A stretch of 64,000 bases of DNA from Flaccisagitta enflata. Its lineage: Eukaryota. Made by a program: the position numbers and the translations under genes. Within the stretch, counting starts at the first letter, position 1, and every line of letters starts with the position of its first letter. Under the pieces are notes generated by a model. The model ran no database searches and was not told where the DNA came from. It saw only the letters and a list, made by a program, of their open reading frames with translations. The stretch is taken from the NCBI GenBank assembly GCA_965153355.1, contig OZ231126.1:29946001-30010000 (forward strand), in the 5' to 3' direction. This document shows, piece after piece, positions 34,937-47,455 of this stretch.

Positions 34937-36164
34937 GGGCTGTCTGTCCGTCTGCCTGTCTGTCTGTCTGTTGTTCTTTGTGTCTGTCTGTTTCTCTATC
35001 TCAGTGCCTGTCTGTTTCAAATCACAAAATACGATGCTTTCTCATCTAAAGAACAGCACCAATCTAGTTTTACATTCATTTTTTTTTATTCAATCATTCA
35101 TTCATTCATTCGTTCATTCATTCATTCATTCATTCATTCATTCATTCATTCATTCATTCATTCATTCATTCATTCATTCATTCATTCATTCATTCATTCA
35201 GTCAGTCAGTCATGCCCAAATCGGGGATTGAAAAACGATCACTTCGTAAAAACCCAGGGGCGACCTAGTCTATCACGATCTGAAACTGCTTACGGCTCTT
35301 CAATTTTTTGATTTCGGCTTCGGCATTGTTGAGGCGCTCTTCGTTCTTGAGGAAGTAATTTTTGAGCACGTCAGCTGATCGATCTTCAAAGTCGAGTTCT
35401 TCGTCCATTTCCTCCTCAACGTTATCGTCAACTTCCTCGGATCGTGCTTCGACCTCCTCAACATTTTCTTCAACGACTTCGTCGACGTTTTCCGCTCGTT
35501 CTTCGACTTTCTCGTCAGCTCCTTCGGATCGTTCTTCGACCTTCTCGTCAGCTTCTGCAGCTCGATCGTTGACGTCGACTTCCGGTTCGGCGACGGCCAA
35601 ATATTCTTCCGCTTCCGATTTCTCGGTCAATTCCAAGTTGGAGTCGTCGTTGGCGATGTTCGAGTCGACCGCCGATTCCTCTCCCAAAACGCCTGAACAT
35701 TTTTAAAATACAATCATACAAATAAAAAACAAGGCCATATACACTACCCCTCATGGCGAAAAAACGCTCTCATTTTGTTTTGGTCACCGACGGACCGACG
35801 GACCGACCGACCGACACAGCAAGTTCTAGAGTCGCGTGTCCGCGACTAAAAATCACGGCTGTAAATGATATGACGCTAACAATCCATTTTGAATTCATGA
35901 TCCATCATAATCCATCATATTCACCGCAACCAAAACCGCGACAAAACATTTACACGCGTCAAAGCACCTCTACAACTATAACTGTAAGAAGCTTTCTTCG
36001 TCTGTCCGTCTATCTGATGGTTTGGTGTTCGGAAAGAGAGCAGCATATATTTGACCATCCATCCCGCGCAGGTGTTGGCCTTGTTGGTCTCGTTTCTTTA
36101 TCGTTATGCACTTACCGAGTCCCACCTGGAGAAGGAGGAGAAGACAAAGACCGCGAGCCAACAT
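34055..36164 (-). CDS. Four-exon gene: secreted acidic/coiled-coil protein with C-terminal H-type lectin domain (249 aa); join complement(36116-36164, 35294-35692, 34732-34831, 34055-34256)
   Basis: All three introns gtaag...cag with consistent phases (49+399+100+202=750 nt). Signal peptide MLARGLCLLLLLQVGLGVLG; Glu-rich region; heptad-like LKNYFLKNEERLNNAEAEIKKLKSQ; RCESG...RRVNFKKPFVGTPTMVIG...VTNKGF...VYWMACGH matches the H-type lectin pattern. Confidence 0.9.
34383..34506. mobile_element. hAT-like MITE in intron 3 of the lectin gene
   Basis: TIR tagggatg.ggaagcg...cgcttccacatcccta; 8-bp flanks tgtggcag/tttggcag; second copy at 58245-58380. Confidence 0.85.
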
Positions 36165-36247
36165 ATTGTCAGTTAGATGGAGGCAAAATCTCGGAAATTG
36201 GTCCAATAGAATTTAACAAATGAGGTCACAACTAAAAACGAGGAGAG

Positions 36248-36255
36248 TTTTTATA
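36248..36255 (-). promoter_or_regulatory. TATA box of the lectin gene
   Basis: TATAAAAA on the minus strand ~90 nt upstream of the ATG; Inr-like TCATTT at 36223-36218; candidate AATAAA at 33796-33791. Confidence 0.6.
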
Positions 36256-37726
36256 CCGGCTTTTGATTCTATTTGTTGTCATTTAAGAAGATTAACGCAG
36301 AAAAACTGAATCAGAATAAGAGAATATACGCCTTTCATGGTCCGAAGATTGACGTAATCGCCAAAACGCGAATATTTCTTCTCCATTCTCCAATCATTTG
36401 ACTTTTTTCTTCAAAAGAACCAACGACAATTGTACGGATAAACAGAACAAAAGAAATGATGAACGATATTTGTTATAAAGTTATCAAAACCCAACGAGAT
36501 GCATGGGGCTTTATTCTTTGACGACTGCCTGTCTGTCTGTCTGTCTGAATGTTTCGAATCACGAAATACGACGCTTTTTCATCTGAAGAACAGAACCAAT
36601 CTAGTTTTACGTTCAATATTTTTATATCCATTCATTCATTCATTCATTCATTGATTCATTCATTCATTCATTCATTCATTCATTCATTCATTCATTCATT
36701 CATACATTCATACATTCATTCATTCATTCATTCATTCATTCATTCATTCATTCATTCATTCATTCATTCATTCATTCATACATTCATTTGATAAAAAAGT
36801 CTCATGGATGATTGCCTTCTTTGAGGCCGATGTCTGGAAAGACTGTAATTTGAGGAGAGACAATCTATCAGATTTCAATTTCATAAGTCATTTTACTTTT
36901 GTATTCTGCAAATCGAATTCCCCCACAAAATCAAGTTTCATTTCAATTAGTATTAGCGAAACCTGACACCCGACTATGTACCTCATTTTACGTCCTTTTT
37001 GGGCAGCGACCCCAGAGGAGCCGATGACCTATGATTCCGCATGGGGCAATATTTCCCCACCCCCAGCCTCAAACCAGATCTCCCAAGCCATAAGTCATGC
37101 CCATCAGACCCAAAATCAGGCCACGTGAACCCAAAATTAACCCCCTCAGACTTCAAATCAGGCCTTTCAGACCCCAAATCAAGCTTCTCAGAGCATAAAT
37201 TGGGTCTCTCAGACTCCAAAATCAGGCCTATTATACCCCTAATCAGCCTATTGAGACTAATTACAAGTCAGTCCTTCAAGACTGCAAATCAGGCCCCCCA
37301 GAAGCTAAATGACATCAGGCTTCTCAAACTCAAAGTCAGGCCCTTCAGACCCCAAATCAGGACTTCCGCACCCTAAATCAAGGCTGTCAAACTCTAAGTC
37401 AAACCTCTCAGGTCCTTTATCAGACCATCGTATCAACACCACTATGTTTTTAACATCAGTGGGGCATCGGGAACCGCTGACCATAATGACGCTTGAGCGG
37501 CCTGTTTTAAAATCCCCACTCGCGTGGCGAATTAGTCTTTCTCACCAAGTTGCATCTGTAACTGACCACGTGTCCGTCCGTTCGTCCGTCTGTCTGCCTG
37601 TCTACTCGTGGTTTGTTGTCCGTTGTATAGTCGCTTATTTTCCGCCCCTGTCTCCGGTAGACGTTGAAACAACGCAAATGAGCAAAACTATGCTCTGAAA
37701 GATCAGAAAACAAGTACTCAATTTTA

Positions 37727-38044
37727 CAGGCCTGTATATTCTTGAGTTTTCCCCCCCCCCGGTGGGGGGGGGGAAAAATCAAAGGGTCTGGAGATGGGGA
37801 AGGAAATGAAAGGGGGAAAAAAGAGAAAAAAAGGAAATTTGGGGAAAATATAACTTTTTACAGTACCAAATCATAAAACTCATTTAGTAAAACACAATTT
37901 AACACTATTTAAACCTTAACTACATAGTTTTATTGCTATATGGGGAAGAAAATCATGGATATAAAAATGCGACGCGACGCGTCGCGGGGAAGAAAATCAA
38001 AGGCAGGGGGGGGGAAAAAAAATCAAAAGCGACTCAAGAATATA
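37727..38044. mobile_element. hAT-like MITE with right TIR interrupted by the LINE 3' end
   Basis: Homologous to 2379-2696; right TIR stops at actcaagaatata. Confidence 0.8.
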
Positions 38045-38297
38045 TATGTTCTTTTAATTCGTCATCAAATAAGAGACAGAATCATACAGATCAGCACATA
38101 ACTATAAACTACGATGTAGCCAAGAAAAAAAAATAAATAAACAGAATCACAGGAATAAGCGGGAAAGTACGCGATCTTCATTGCACTGACTCAAAAGGCA
38201 AAAAGATTCATTCTAAAGGCAGCAAAAAGTCGATGAGCGAGAGAAAAATAAAAACAAAAACAAAAACAAAAACAAAAACGAAACAAATTCGGAGGAG

Positions 38298-41141
38298 CTA
38301 CTCGTTTTCAAGCACTAGATTGCGCGCAATATGAGATACGATCGGATTGTGATGTGAAAGAACAGAGCATTCAAATTTTCTTTTAGCCCTTTCGAAAAGT
38401 TCAATCAGAGACTTGTAGCCAAAGGATTCGCGTAATGTGCGTACACTTTCCCACCGATTGTAACCGAATATCAGTCGGAGAGCGTCGTTGATGGCAGTAC
38501 AACAGTCCTGCATTTGACGTGATGGATACTCCTTGACTGCCGCTGCGTATGAAAGGATAGGGACGCAGCATGAGTAGAGAAGTTGGAGTAATACCTCCTC
38601 GCTTGGTTTATTTACCGCTCTGAGTATGGAGTTGGATGCTCGGTAGAACTTTGAAAGTTCATTAGATGCGGAGAAAGTGAGACCTTTATTGCTAGCAATT
38701 GATGTGCCAAGGTAAGTGATTTTTTCCACGTACTCAATTTCGCGACCATTCAGCGTGACTGGATGTAGATTAGTGTAGTCTATTCTAGACTTTGAGAACA
38801 CTATTATCTTAGACTTGCTTGCATTGAATGACAGACCGTATTCATTGCAATAACTCGCGCATAACTGCACCATTTTGTCCAAAGCGTTTCTTGTGGGAGC
38901 CATAAGAACAAGGTCATCCGCAAATAAGATCATTGCAAGGAAAATACCAAACAAATGGCATCCTATATTTGCATCACGTAATATGGAGCATAAGTCGTCT
39001 ATGTAGCATCCAAAATAGTCCGGGGAATTTATCCCGCCTTGTTTAATGCCCAATGGCACGCGAAAATCTCTGCTGACTTCATTTGCCCATTTCACATTCG
39101 ACGTCATGTTGAGATACCAATAGACAAGGCAAATGAGAATGCATAATGGAATGTTCCTTTGGATAAGCTTAATGAAAAGACCGTAATGCGATATGCGATC
39201 GAAAGCCTTTGTGCAATCGAGAAATGCCACATAAACATTTGAGTTTTTCTCGGTAAAATGATTTACAGTGTTTTTCAAAGAGTAAAGTGCATGATCAGTG
39301 CTGGTTTTTCGCTTAAATCCGAATTGGAGATTATCTGTTTGCAGTAAATGTGACGTTTTAAGTTGTAATGCAAACTCAAATAATTTGGCAGGAAGGCAGC
39401 TGAGCGTGATGCCTCTGTAGTTGGCGGGATCTGAGAGATCACCCTGTGAATTCTTTACAATGGGCGTAATTGATCCTTTTAGAAAATCTGTAGGCACATA
39501 CCCATGTTGAATTAGACCGTTGAATAACAGGTGTAAATGACATATGAGAGTGGGACTGCCATAGAGAATGTGTTCAGGCCTGCAAACACCCGACGATGAT
39601 TTACCAAGTTTAACTTTTGAAACAACTTCTGTCATTTCAGACCATGAGAGAAGGTATGGCATAATGGTAGCATCCATATGTTGTGCTGAATAACGAGAGT
39701 AGAGCTCCTCGAATTTAGTCTTAAGTGCTATGTGTTCAGGTGTGTCATGATTGCTGTAGACGGACTCAAAATAAGTAGCAAATGTCTCCGCAATACCTTT
39801 GGGATCTGTAACCCCATTTATTCGAGTTGCCACGGTGTCTCGAGAATGATTTAGTTTCTTCCATGTCTTCCAAAAAGAGACTCCGTCCTTATTTAGAAGT
39901 TCTGTGTGCATTGCGTCATTATGTTCTTTTTCAGTCTGTCTTTTCTTCCTGCGTAATTGTATTTTGTACTGATAGTGACAATTTTTGCGACATTCGTAAA
40001 CAGGTCCACTTTTTGGGCAACCCAGAGCCTTCCAATGGTCATTGCACTCAATGGATTTTTCTTTAAGGTCAGAAAGCTCTTCATCCCAGAACGATCGTTC
40101 ATATTTTGGATTTGTCTTTGGCAGTATTGACTCTGCATTCACCAAAGCTGCCATGATGTCACAGTAATAGCGCTCCAAATCAATCTTATGGGAATCATCA
40201 ATACAACACTTATTGTCATGGAGAATTGAATGATATGGAACTTTGATATTTGACAATTGATTTTCCATAGTCTCCTGAAAGCGTGTGATGTGGTCATCTG
40301 ACAATTTCTTCCAGTTGACATATGCTGGAGTTTTGATATTTACGTGAGTAGATTCTGAGAGTGAAACTTTTAAATCCAGTTCCACTGGGCAGTGGTCCGA
40401 AAGATTGTCACCATGGGTTGAGATACGCACATTGCTCACTGAGTCCCAAAGATCATTACTCACAAGAATACCGTCTATCAAGGTATATGAATTAGTTTTG
40501 GCGTCAAAGCGTGTAAACGAAGATTTTTCATCAAAATTCACCATTTTGTCAAAGCACAAAAACAGGTCATGCTTTGCCATGAATTCGCGTATCAACTTTG
40601 AGTAAGGGTGATTCTCGCTATAAATGTTGCAATTAAGATCAGCGAGAATGATGCGTTTGCAATCTGGATATTGTTCAATAACGCTTTCCACGAAACCAAT
40701 TGTGTCACGATACAGGGACATGTATGTTTGCAAGTCCTTTGTGTTATAGAATGGAAAATAAACGTTGATAAGTAATATGGGAAATGAACTTGTTTCAAGA
40801 CGCATTATTGTGACTCGATCGTGTATATGGGTGAGGATTGGTTTGATGGCATTTGAATATTTTTTGTTGTATATAAACGCTGTGCCTCCAAACGGTCGTC
40901 CTTTTACTATGCGTGTTTGAACTGCGTCCTTCATTGCTGATGTGCCGAAGCTATCAAAATTTGTATGGAGAGATCTAATTTGGTTCACACCACTATGGTT
41001 TTTATAGGGAGGCTTTAGCCAATGTTCCTGAATGGCACGAATGGAATTGGGATTATGTTCACACTGAGAGTGAAGAAAGTTTTTGTTTCGCGAAAAGCCA
41101 TTAATGTTTTGAGTGGAAATAGTAATATTAACTGGATCCAT
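38298..41141 (-). CDS. LINE ORF2: apurinic-like endonuclease + reverse transcriptase (947 aa)
   Basis: APE motifs QNINGF, IQEHWL, GRPFGG, ADLN, IDGIL, SDHCPV; RT motifs NYRGITL, QFGFK, FLDCTKAFD, GIKQGG, LFADD, YLG. Confidence 0.97.
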   Translation of the reverse strand: MDPVNITISTQNINGFSRNKNFLHSQCEHNPNSIRAIQEHWLKPPYKNHSGVNQIRSLHTNFDSFGTSAMKDAVQTRIVKGRPFGGTAFIYNKKYSNAIKPILTHIHDRVTIMRLETSSFPILLINVYFPFYNTKDLQTYMSLYRDTIGFVESVIEQYPDCKRIILADLNCNIYSENHPYSKLIREFMAKHDLFLCFDKMVNFDEKSSFTRFDAKTNSYTLIDGILVSNDLWDSVSNVRISTHGDNLSDHCPVELDLKVSLSESTHVNIKTPAYVNWKKLSDDHITRFQETMENQLSNIKVPYHSILHDNKCCIDDSHKIDLERYYCDIMAALVNAESILPKTNPKYERSFWDEELSDLKEKSIECNDHWKALGCPKSGPVYECRKNCHYQYKIQLRRKKRQTEKEHNDAMHTELLNKDGVSFWKTWKKLNHSRDTVATRINGVTDPKGIAETFATYFESVYSNHDTPEHIALKTKFEELYSRYSAQHMDATIMPYLLSWSEMTEVVSKVKLGKSSSGVCRPEHILYGSPTLICHLHLLFNGLIQHGYVPTDFLKGSITPIVKNSQGDLSDPANYRGITLSCLPAKLFEFALQLKTSHLLQTDNLQFGFKRKTSTDHALYSLKNTVNHFTEKNSNVYVAFLDCTKAFDRISHYGLFIKLIQRNIPLCILICLVYWYLNMTSNVKWANEVSRDFRVPLGIKQGGINSPDYFGCYIDDLCSILRDANIGCHLFGIFLAMILFADDLVLMAPTRNALDKMVQLCASYCNEYGLSFNASKSKIIVFSKSRIDYTNLHPVTLNGREIEYVEKITYLGTSIASNKGLTFSASNELSKFYRASNSILRAVNKPSEEVLLQLLYSCCVPILSYAAAVKEYPSRQMQDCCTAINDALRLIFGYNRWESVRTLRESFGYKSLIELFERAKRKFECSVLSHHNPIVSHIARNLVLENE

Positions 41142-41604
41142 TGTTTCCGTTTGAGTTCATGGGCACACCATCACGAATTTTTGGAGCATAAAATCTCCTT
41201 ACTACAACGCCTTCTGGTAGCTCGAAGCTATCACTTTTCAAAGTATCCAAGTCTTTCTTTCGTATGCACACTTTGAAGCTCTTAAAACGATTATGAGGCA
41301 TATTCAGTTCCTCGGCCTCAACCACAGGCACTCCTTGGTCTTCAATGTTGAACTTAACGACATCAACACTCGTACTAGTATCAAAATATCCGAGGTACAG
41401 ATTTGTGGTTAAATCTGCCCCTCGCCACAATCTCAGTCCATCCGAAACTTTTTTCCCAATGACTATATCGGGTGATTTTCGATTTGGCCGAGAAGTCGAT
41501 TGACCATTTCCAGCTGAACGCGCAGTGATACCATTGTTTCTGCCGTTACGACCACTGTTGTTGTTATGAATGCGACCATCGCGGTTGAGACTGCCGACGC
41601 CGCG

Positions 41605-41683
<79 letters not shown>

Positions 41684-41689
41684 ATACGC

Positions 41690-41729
<40 letters not shown>

Positions 41730-41767
41730 GACGCTGTTGTTGTTGTTGACGCTGTTGTTGTTGACCC

Positions 41768-41810
<43 letters not shown>

Positions 41811-41815
41811 GACGC

Positions 41816-41862
<47 letters not shown>

Positions 41863-42936
41863 CTTAGCCGCGTCTCCGACTGTCGACGGCGATGGTGATG
41901 AAACAGCTATCGTAGCTGTCGTTGAGGTTGTTGTTGTCGACGGTGATGAAACACCACCCGTCATTAGGGCCGTCATCAACGCTGAAGGCGCCACTGACGT
42001 AGATGATAGGGAAGTAGCAGTTGTAACCACTGTCGAGAAAGTCGCTGTTGCAGCAGGGTGAGCAGCGGCTCCTAAATGACTCAAATCTTTGTCATCGTCG
42101 CCGCCAGACTCACCACCACCACCAATTCCGCCGGCGTCGTCCGTATTGTCGACTCCGCTTTTGCTGTTGTTGACACTATTGAGCGTAGGCCCGTCGCCGC
42201 CGTCAACAATGCCAATGTTTATTTCCGCGCCGCCGCCAGCCTCGCCGCCGATGTCGCCGCTAATGACGCCGCCGGCAGCGCCGCTGATAACGCCGTCGCC
42301 GTCGCCGCCGATAACGCCGCCACCAGCGCCGCGGATTACGTGCCGGTCGGTGACGTCACTGCGATCGTTGTCGTCATATCGCGGAAGCGCCAAATCTTTG
42401 GACGGATGTCGTGAAGGCGTTGGCATCACTCTCCGACTTGGCGATGAGAAAGGAGACGCAGATATAGCAGGTCTCGAGATGAGATTTGACATCAGCTTCA
42501 AAGCTGTCATAATTTCACTTTTGAATGAGTCTAACTGATCGCGTGTAACAAAGCAGTCTTTGCGCATATTAAGTAGAGTTCCATGAATTTGAGAGTTAGA
42601 AATCGAGCCATCTTCAGAGTGCGGAATGTTACTGTATTCCATAGCGACGCAAACTGGTTGCCAATCACCTCTGCCATCGCGCGTTTCCATCTCAAGTAAT
42701 ATGTCATGTAAGTCTTTGACTTTTTTGTCGGCAACACGCCGTTTCATAGCGGTTTTCCCGATGGCCATAAAATAGATTTCCTTTTGACGCCAAACATATT
42801 CGTCATCATGGTAAAACTTGTCGCAGTTTTTTATTATGTCATCATGTGGAATCGTTTGGAGTTTATTTTGCATATAGAACAATAGGTCCGAAACGACTAT
42901 TTTGTCCGTTTCCTTCACATATATATTCTTTTCCAT
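41128..42936 (-). CDS. LINE ORF1 (602 aa) with Gly-rich, Ser/Thr-rich and poly-Q linker and RRM-like C-terminus
   Basis: N-terminal DLLFYMQNKL..IIKNCDKFY..KRR..KDLHDIL motif and C-terminal LYLG..T..SFKV..LPEGVVVRRF motif, both familiar from ORF1 of invertebrate LINEs; 14-nt overlap with ORF2. Confidence 0.9.
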
Positions 42937-44641
42937 CGTGTCATATCAAAATTCAGTGGCCCACTGGCCAGGATAGATTTCTGCCGTTAATGACCGGTGA
43001 GATCCTCGTGGTTTAGGATTATCCGTAGGGAAAAAAAAAATCGAGAAAATATTCTTGCTTGGAGCGGAGAGGTCTTTCTCTCACGAAGTCGATGGTTTAG
43101 ATTTTAAACAAGTGAAGTAGTAGAAATTAGCTTGCAATTTTAAAAAACGTAACACCGGTAATTCGCATGTTGGCGTTAGCTTATTCTTTACTTAGTCTCC
43201 ACTTTCCCCATTATTGAGCTCGTGTAAGGGCAAATTTTTTTCCTTCATACTTCGTTAGTCATTCATTTTTCATGTTTTCTTGCTCGGCCTATATACTCTT
43301 TCCTGTTTGCTGCCGTCTTCGTCTTCATCAAAAATGTGGGTCCTCTATGCTTCACACATGTGGAAATTTCTCCTTCTTCTCTTTCTCCATCTACGTCCAT
43401 CCCCCCTCCACTTCATGACCCAAATTTGATCAAATTCTGCCAAATCCCGCCAAATCTGGTCGAATTTGGCCAAATTTGGCCAAATTCAGAAAAAATTCTG
43501 CCAAATTCTGCCCAAATATACCTAAATTCCAAACTCAAAGCCAGGGCTGCAGAAAATTTTTTTGCTTCCTACGAGCGCAATTTGCCCCTGTCTACATTCC
43601 TATTGCATGGCGTCCAGGAACAAACCCTAGGTCTAAAAAAATGGTCAAGACTCCTGACCTAGGGAAATGTTTTTTTGGATGCACTAGCTACAAATTAATG
43701 ATAAAAATAAAAAGATCTGCTTAGAAATATAGAATTGATGGTCAAATGATAGCCAAAAATTTTTTAGGCATATCTTTGATTAAAAATTGTATTCATGGCT
43801 TTTAAAAGTATGTAGAAATGCATGAAAAGTTTGGCTACAGTGGTTGCACTAATGCTGTTACCTACTTCAGTTAGTTTAGAGTGATAATCCAAAAATAAAA
43901 ACCAAAAAATGCCAAAAACTGTTGTAAAATGACTATTTTATGTTATTTTTTTTGCTATTTTTAAGCTTTAATCCATCAAATATTTCTCAAAACTAGCTGG
44001 ATTATATACCAGCATGTGTATCTCAACAATGTTTATACACTTTTCATAGTCTTTAAGAATTTTAAAGAAGTAATAATGGAAATAGGCTGAAAAAAATCAA
44101 TTTGATAGTTTGAAATAGTTTTTTTTAGTTTTTATCTATAAAACAACCCTCTAAACTTACTAGATAGGTAAAAGCATTATTGCAGCAACTATTGCCACAC
44201 TTTTCAGATATTTTGTAAACAGCTTGAAGCTACAATCATAATTTCTGATACAAAAAATATATAAAAATGTTTCATTTTTACTATCTTTAAGCTTTGAATT
44301 CTATATTTCCAAACAATCCAGCTCTGTGGCCCAGATCCCAGCCCCAACACTCAAAACCCCAGCCCAAAGGCCTAAATCTCAGCCCGAAGGCCAAAATCCC
44401 AACCAATAGAAAAAGAAGGAGAAATTTCCTCATGTGTGAAAGCATAGGTCACCGGCCCCTTCGAGGCCGCTGCCCTGCTCCCCTCAACTTCAATTATAAC
44501 TTACTAAAGTAGGGCATGGATACCGCGGACCATCAAACGTTTTTGCGACTATTTGACCTATTTTGCGCATGTTCTTCCTCCATTCTTTCTTGTTCTTTCC
44601 ACCATTTTTGTCTCCCTTTACCCATTTAGATTCACGTCTTT

Positions 44642-45379
44642 TTTAATCGCGTGCACGCAACTCTACACCCCGCTTTGTTCGTCGGTCGGTTGGTCCGTCA
44701 CACTTTACTTTTTTGGGCAGCGGCCCCGAAGGGGACAAAGTCCTGTAGAACACAGGGGGACTTTTGTTCGTCCGTTCGTTCGTTCGTCCGTCCCCCCCCT
44801 CATCAGGCCCCTCAGGCCTCAAATCTGACCTCTGAGACCTCAAATCTGGCCTCTCAGGCCTCAAATCCAGCCTCTTAGGCCTCAAATTCAGCCTCTCAAG
44901 CCTCAAATCCGGCTTCTCAGGCCTCAAATCCAACCTCTCAGGCCTCAAATGCAAATTCTCAGGCCTCAAACCTGGCCTCTCAGGCCTCAAATTAGGCCTC
45001 TCAGGCCTCAAATCAGCTATCAGCTTCCGATTTGCATTCTGAGGCCTTGCATCAGCCTTCTTAGACCTCAGTTTAGGCTCTTGAAGACCTTCAGTAGGCC
45101 CTCTATAGCATCTCATCCACTCCTTCAGGCAGGACGAACGAAAGTCCCCCTGTGTTCTACAGGACTTCGTCCCCTTTGGGGCCGCTGCCCTGCTTCCCCT
45201 CACTCCATTTCACAATCACTCAGAGCAGGGCAACGGGTATCGCTGACCACATATTGCCCTTGGGCGACCTGTTTATGATTTTTATCCTCACTGCTCCTGT
45301 CCAAATGGTCTGGTGACCTCAAATATGGCCCCTGCCCACCCGTTCGCGACTTCGGTAGCCGTGTATCCGGCCTTGTTTT
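44642..45379 (-). mobile_element. Family B element with nested family A element (44710-45275, 21-bp central array)
   Basis: Outer ends match family B (hairpin end; gccgtgtatccggccttgtt end); inner IR gggcagcggccccgaaggggac...gtcccctttggggccgctgccc. Confidence 0.75.
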
Positions 45380-45919
45380 ACGTACAAGCGGCAATAATTG
45401 AGAATTGAGGGTTTGTCAGTCTGCAAGCCTCATCAATTTCCAGCGTTCGGCTGCCACCTCTCAATCTCGAAGCTTTCCATACGAGACCTAGACCTAGACC
45501 AAACGGGGCAGTGTCTTATGGACTCTGTCCATCCATATGCCGGTTTGTTGGTCCGTTTTTTTAGTTCGTAATTTTCTTTACCTCTTTTCTTCATTTTCTT
45601 TTTTGTATTTTTTATCTCCTAACTTTCAATCTTCTTCTTCCTCCTCTTTCTCTTTTTCTTTTTCTTTTTCATTTTCTCTTTCTTTTTCTTTTTTTTCTTT
45701 TTCGTATTCTTTTTCTTTTTCTTCCTCTTTATCTCCTCCTTTGCTCTATCCCCATCGATTCTTTAGCCCCCGACCATTTTCCTCTGTTTCCTTTAAGACT
45801 GAGCGAAGCTGAACTAAATGTTCTTTTTTTTTCTCTTCAAGAATTATGTAAGCCACAAAAAGCGGAAAGGGGAAAAGAATCAAACAAGGTCAATTATTCC
45901 CATGAGGCGTTCACGTCCG

Positions 45920-46033
<114 letters not shown>

Positions 46034-46409
46034 AGAAAGAAAAAGAGAAAGATAAAGAGAAAGAGGGAAAGAGACAGAGACAGAGAGAGAGTTTTCGCGC
46101 AATTTCGTAAGACTAAAATGGAGTTTTACACAAATGCAGACTCTGCACTGTCGAGGGAGAAAATGTGGCCAAAAAAGCAAAGACGTTAGATGGTTAGCGG
46201 TATCCGTTGCCCCAATGTCACTAAGGAAGGGGGGCAGCAGCCCAAAAGGGGCTGGTTACTTATGCTTGTGCTTCGAGGCTTGGGTTTGGGCTCAGGGTTT
46301 AGGGTTAGGGCCTCAAGACTAGTATCTCGGTACAACTTGCGTTAAGATCTTGAGGCTAGGATTTGGGCCTCCAAGTTAAGATTGTGTGAGATTGTGTTTG
46401 TGTGTGCGT

Positions 46410-46473
<64 letters not shown>

Positions 46474-46691
46474 GTTTCCTTTCCTTGAGTGAATGATATG
46501 TTAAAACTCACTCGAGTGAGTTCTGATGAATCTGCTGGATTTATCATACTGAAAAAAATCGTTGGCTTTTTTGCTTCAGTTGAGATTAATCTGTGCAGTC
46601 ATTTTTACGGACGAACTGCATGTCAGTACGATGATGTGACAAAAAACAAATTCAGATATCCAGATAACAGAGTTGCAAATTTTCACATCCT

Positions 46692-47094
<403 letters not shown>

Positions 47095-47239
47095 CTACAC
47101 AAGCTCCGTTTTGAAATGACGCAATTCTTGTTGAATCTCATTATCATAATGAAAGAAAAATCCATCCGTATCTCACGAGCAACAATGCAGAAAAAAAAGG
47201 CTTAGGGGAAACGAGACGGCGCCAGAGGGCTGTAGAGTG

Positions 47240-47455
47240 GCAGGTGGTAAACTTGAGTTTGCTAACAGATTTAACCACGAAAGGGCTGCCTAGTGGCTTG
47301 TGGGGAAACTGAGATTGCTAACAGATTTATCCACGAAAGGGCTGCCTAGTGGCTTGTGGGGAAACTGAGATTGCTAACATATTTAACCACGAAAGGGTTG
47401 CCTAGTAGCATGTGGGGAAACTGAGATTGCATACAGATTTGACCACTAAAGGGCA
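47240..47455. repeat. 56-bp tandem repeat, ~4 copies
   Basis: gctaacagatttaaccacgaaagggctgcctagtggcttgtggggaaactgagatt at 47261, 47317, 47373. Confidence 0.9.

Larger units (their letters stand above)
38045..43100 (-). mobile_element. Apparently full-length non-LTR retrotransposon (Proto2/RTE-X-like)
   Basis: Two intact overlapping ORFs; ~250-nt 3' UTR with (GTTTTT)n ending aattaaaagaacatatata; 5' boundary approximate. Confidence 0.9.

Noticed and set aside
35265-35687. Stand-alone 140-aa acidic ORF
   Set aside because: It is exon 2 of the spliced lectin gene; the real boundaries are 35294-35692.
46295-46310. Telomere-like tttagggttaggg
   Set aside because: Only two units, inside a degenerate family A array.
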